Below, piece after piece: positions 62,772 to 64,000 of a stretch of 64,000 nucleotides of DNA. The position numbers and the translations under genes are program-made. The notes under the pieces are model-generated. The model ran no database searches. It was not told where the DNA came from and saw nothing but the letters and a program-made list of their open reading frames with translations. The stretch comes from Owenia fusiformis. Taxonomy: Eukaryota. How positions within the stretch are numbered: the first letter of the stretch is position 1; each line of letters opens with the position of its first letter. The DNA lies in assembly GCA_903813345.2 (NCBI GenBank), contig CAIIXF020000001.1, positions 34,596,001 through 34,660,000 on the forward strand, given 5' to 3'.

Positions 62772-63675
62772 GGTCCGTCCGTCAACATTGGCCGCACAAA
62801 ATAAAACTGCTATTTGGATTGAGTCATATCCACAGTCATTTTATGCATATCCATAATGCCTATTTGACCTATCATCGCCATTTCCCAAGTTTGCCCGGTT
62901 TCCGAGAAATCTCTGATTTTGACGTCAAAAAGTCAAATTTTCTGTAAATACTAGACACTTTGTTGAAGTAGAACTTTCAAATAACTTGAAGTAGTTGCTG
63001 TATATGCAACTTATGTCCTCTGAAGATTTCAAAGCTCTTGGAATTACAGTTTTTGGTGTTTACTCTATAAAAGACAAAAAGTAGGACTTAGTCATTTCCA
63101 GGAAACTTTCTTATGTATAAAGTCAAAGGTTTTGTGATTGACAAGTTTCTCAAAGTTTGCCTTATACTTGATCATTTCTTGCAATGAATTACATCATAAC
63201 TAGATTTAAGCATTCCCTACATATTGCTCAATATATGTCAGCATCAAATTTTTACCGTTTTTGAGATATTTGACGTCAAAAAACAGTAAAAATAAGTTAT
63301 TTTTCAACTTGCTTCAATTTGACCAAATTTTTTTTGAAAATCATCTACACATTACCAGGAGTTCAAATCTGACATTAGTTTTGGGATTTGTCCTTTACTT
63401 GACCTTCAGTGACCTTTGAAATGTCAAAAAAGTTGATTTTTCAAATTGATCTTTGGATGTAAATTTTGGTCAGCTTAATCACATAAGGCCTTACTGAGCT
63501 CTAAATAAGTAAAATTTTCAAGGTCAAAGGTCATCAAATTAGGTCACACAATTGTGCTGTCTAAGTTTCTCAAAGTTCGAGACTACAAATCTAAATCAAT
63601 ATTTTTGTTTGAAAGTCAGGATATACATTCCTCTGAAGGTTCCAAACTGTGTGAGCACAGGACCGTGGGTCCTAT
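62772..63675 (+). mobile_element. Second, 5'-truncated copy of the 49531-50510 HINE-like element
   Basis: Near-identical sequence from the GTCC microsatellite to CTGTGTGAGCACAGGACCGTGGGTCCTA. Confidence 0.88.
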
Positions 63676-64000
63676 TTTTTCGTTCTGCGTAGGGCAAACA
63701 ATGATTTAAAATCACTTTCAACCCTTCTGTGCGTATAAGAATGGTCATAAGAGGCCCGTGGAGGGTCATAAATGAAAGAAAGCCCTCTGAAATTCCATCA
63801 AAATTGCAGGTTATTTCTTCATTTTTTGCTAAAATTACATGTTTTCATATTTAGCATAATTGGACTGTATCGACGCCCTCTTTGCTATGTTTTATGCATT
63901 TGTGAAGCCAATGACAATATATTTCAATTGCACCCAACCATGTTTCCCAAGTGACCCCTACAATATTTGGTAAGATTATTGGTACAAACTGTGTGACAAT

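Overview
AT-rich eukaryotic genomic DNA. The spliceosomal introns and the transposon mix suggest a marine invertebrate (inference). Three protein-coding genes can be built by hand. PIGG (+, 11 coding exons, 19824-26847, 1013 aa) converges on GET3/ASNA1 (-, 8 exons, 61037-32550, 340 aa), which lies head-to-head with exon 1 of a HECTD3-like E3 ligase (+, 61257-61556; the ATGs are 219 bp apart). Most of the rest is nested mobile DNA: (1) Helentron/HINE-like elements with internal tandem arrays, including a self-nested stack at 6.6-14.5 kb and one element filling GET3 intron 6; (2) four CA..CTG elements and three CAC..GTG elements, all with 5-bp target duplications (hAT5-like and Transib/RAG-like signatures); (3) Tc1/mariner-, Kolobok-, piggyBac- and CMC-like MITEs; (4) a decayed CR1-group LINE and a Penelope-like RT fragment; (5) a 2.5-kb minisatellite next to the PIGG promoter. 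The most unusual observation is a 1.7-kb TIR element (52311-54031) carrying a spliced minigene for an SRF-type MADS-box-like peptide behind E2F, CHR-like and CCAAT motifs. All homology calls come from motif recognition, not database searches. Boundaries of old repeats are approximate.
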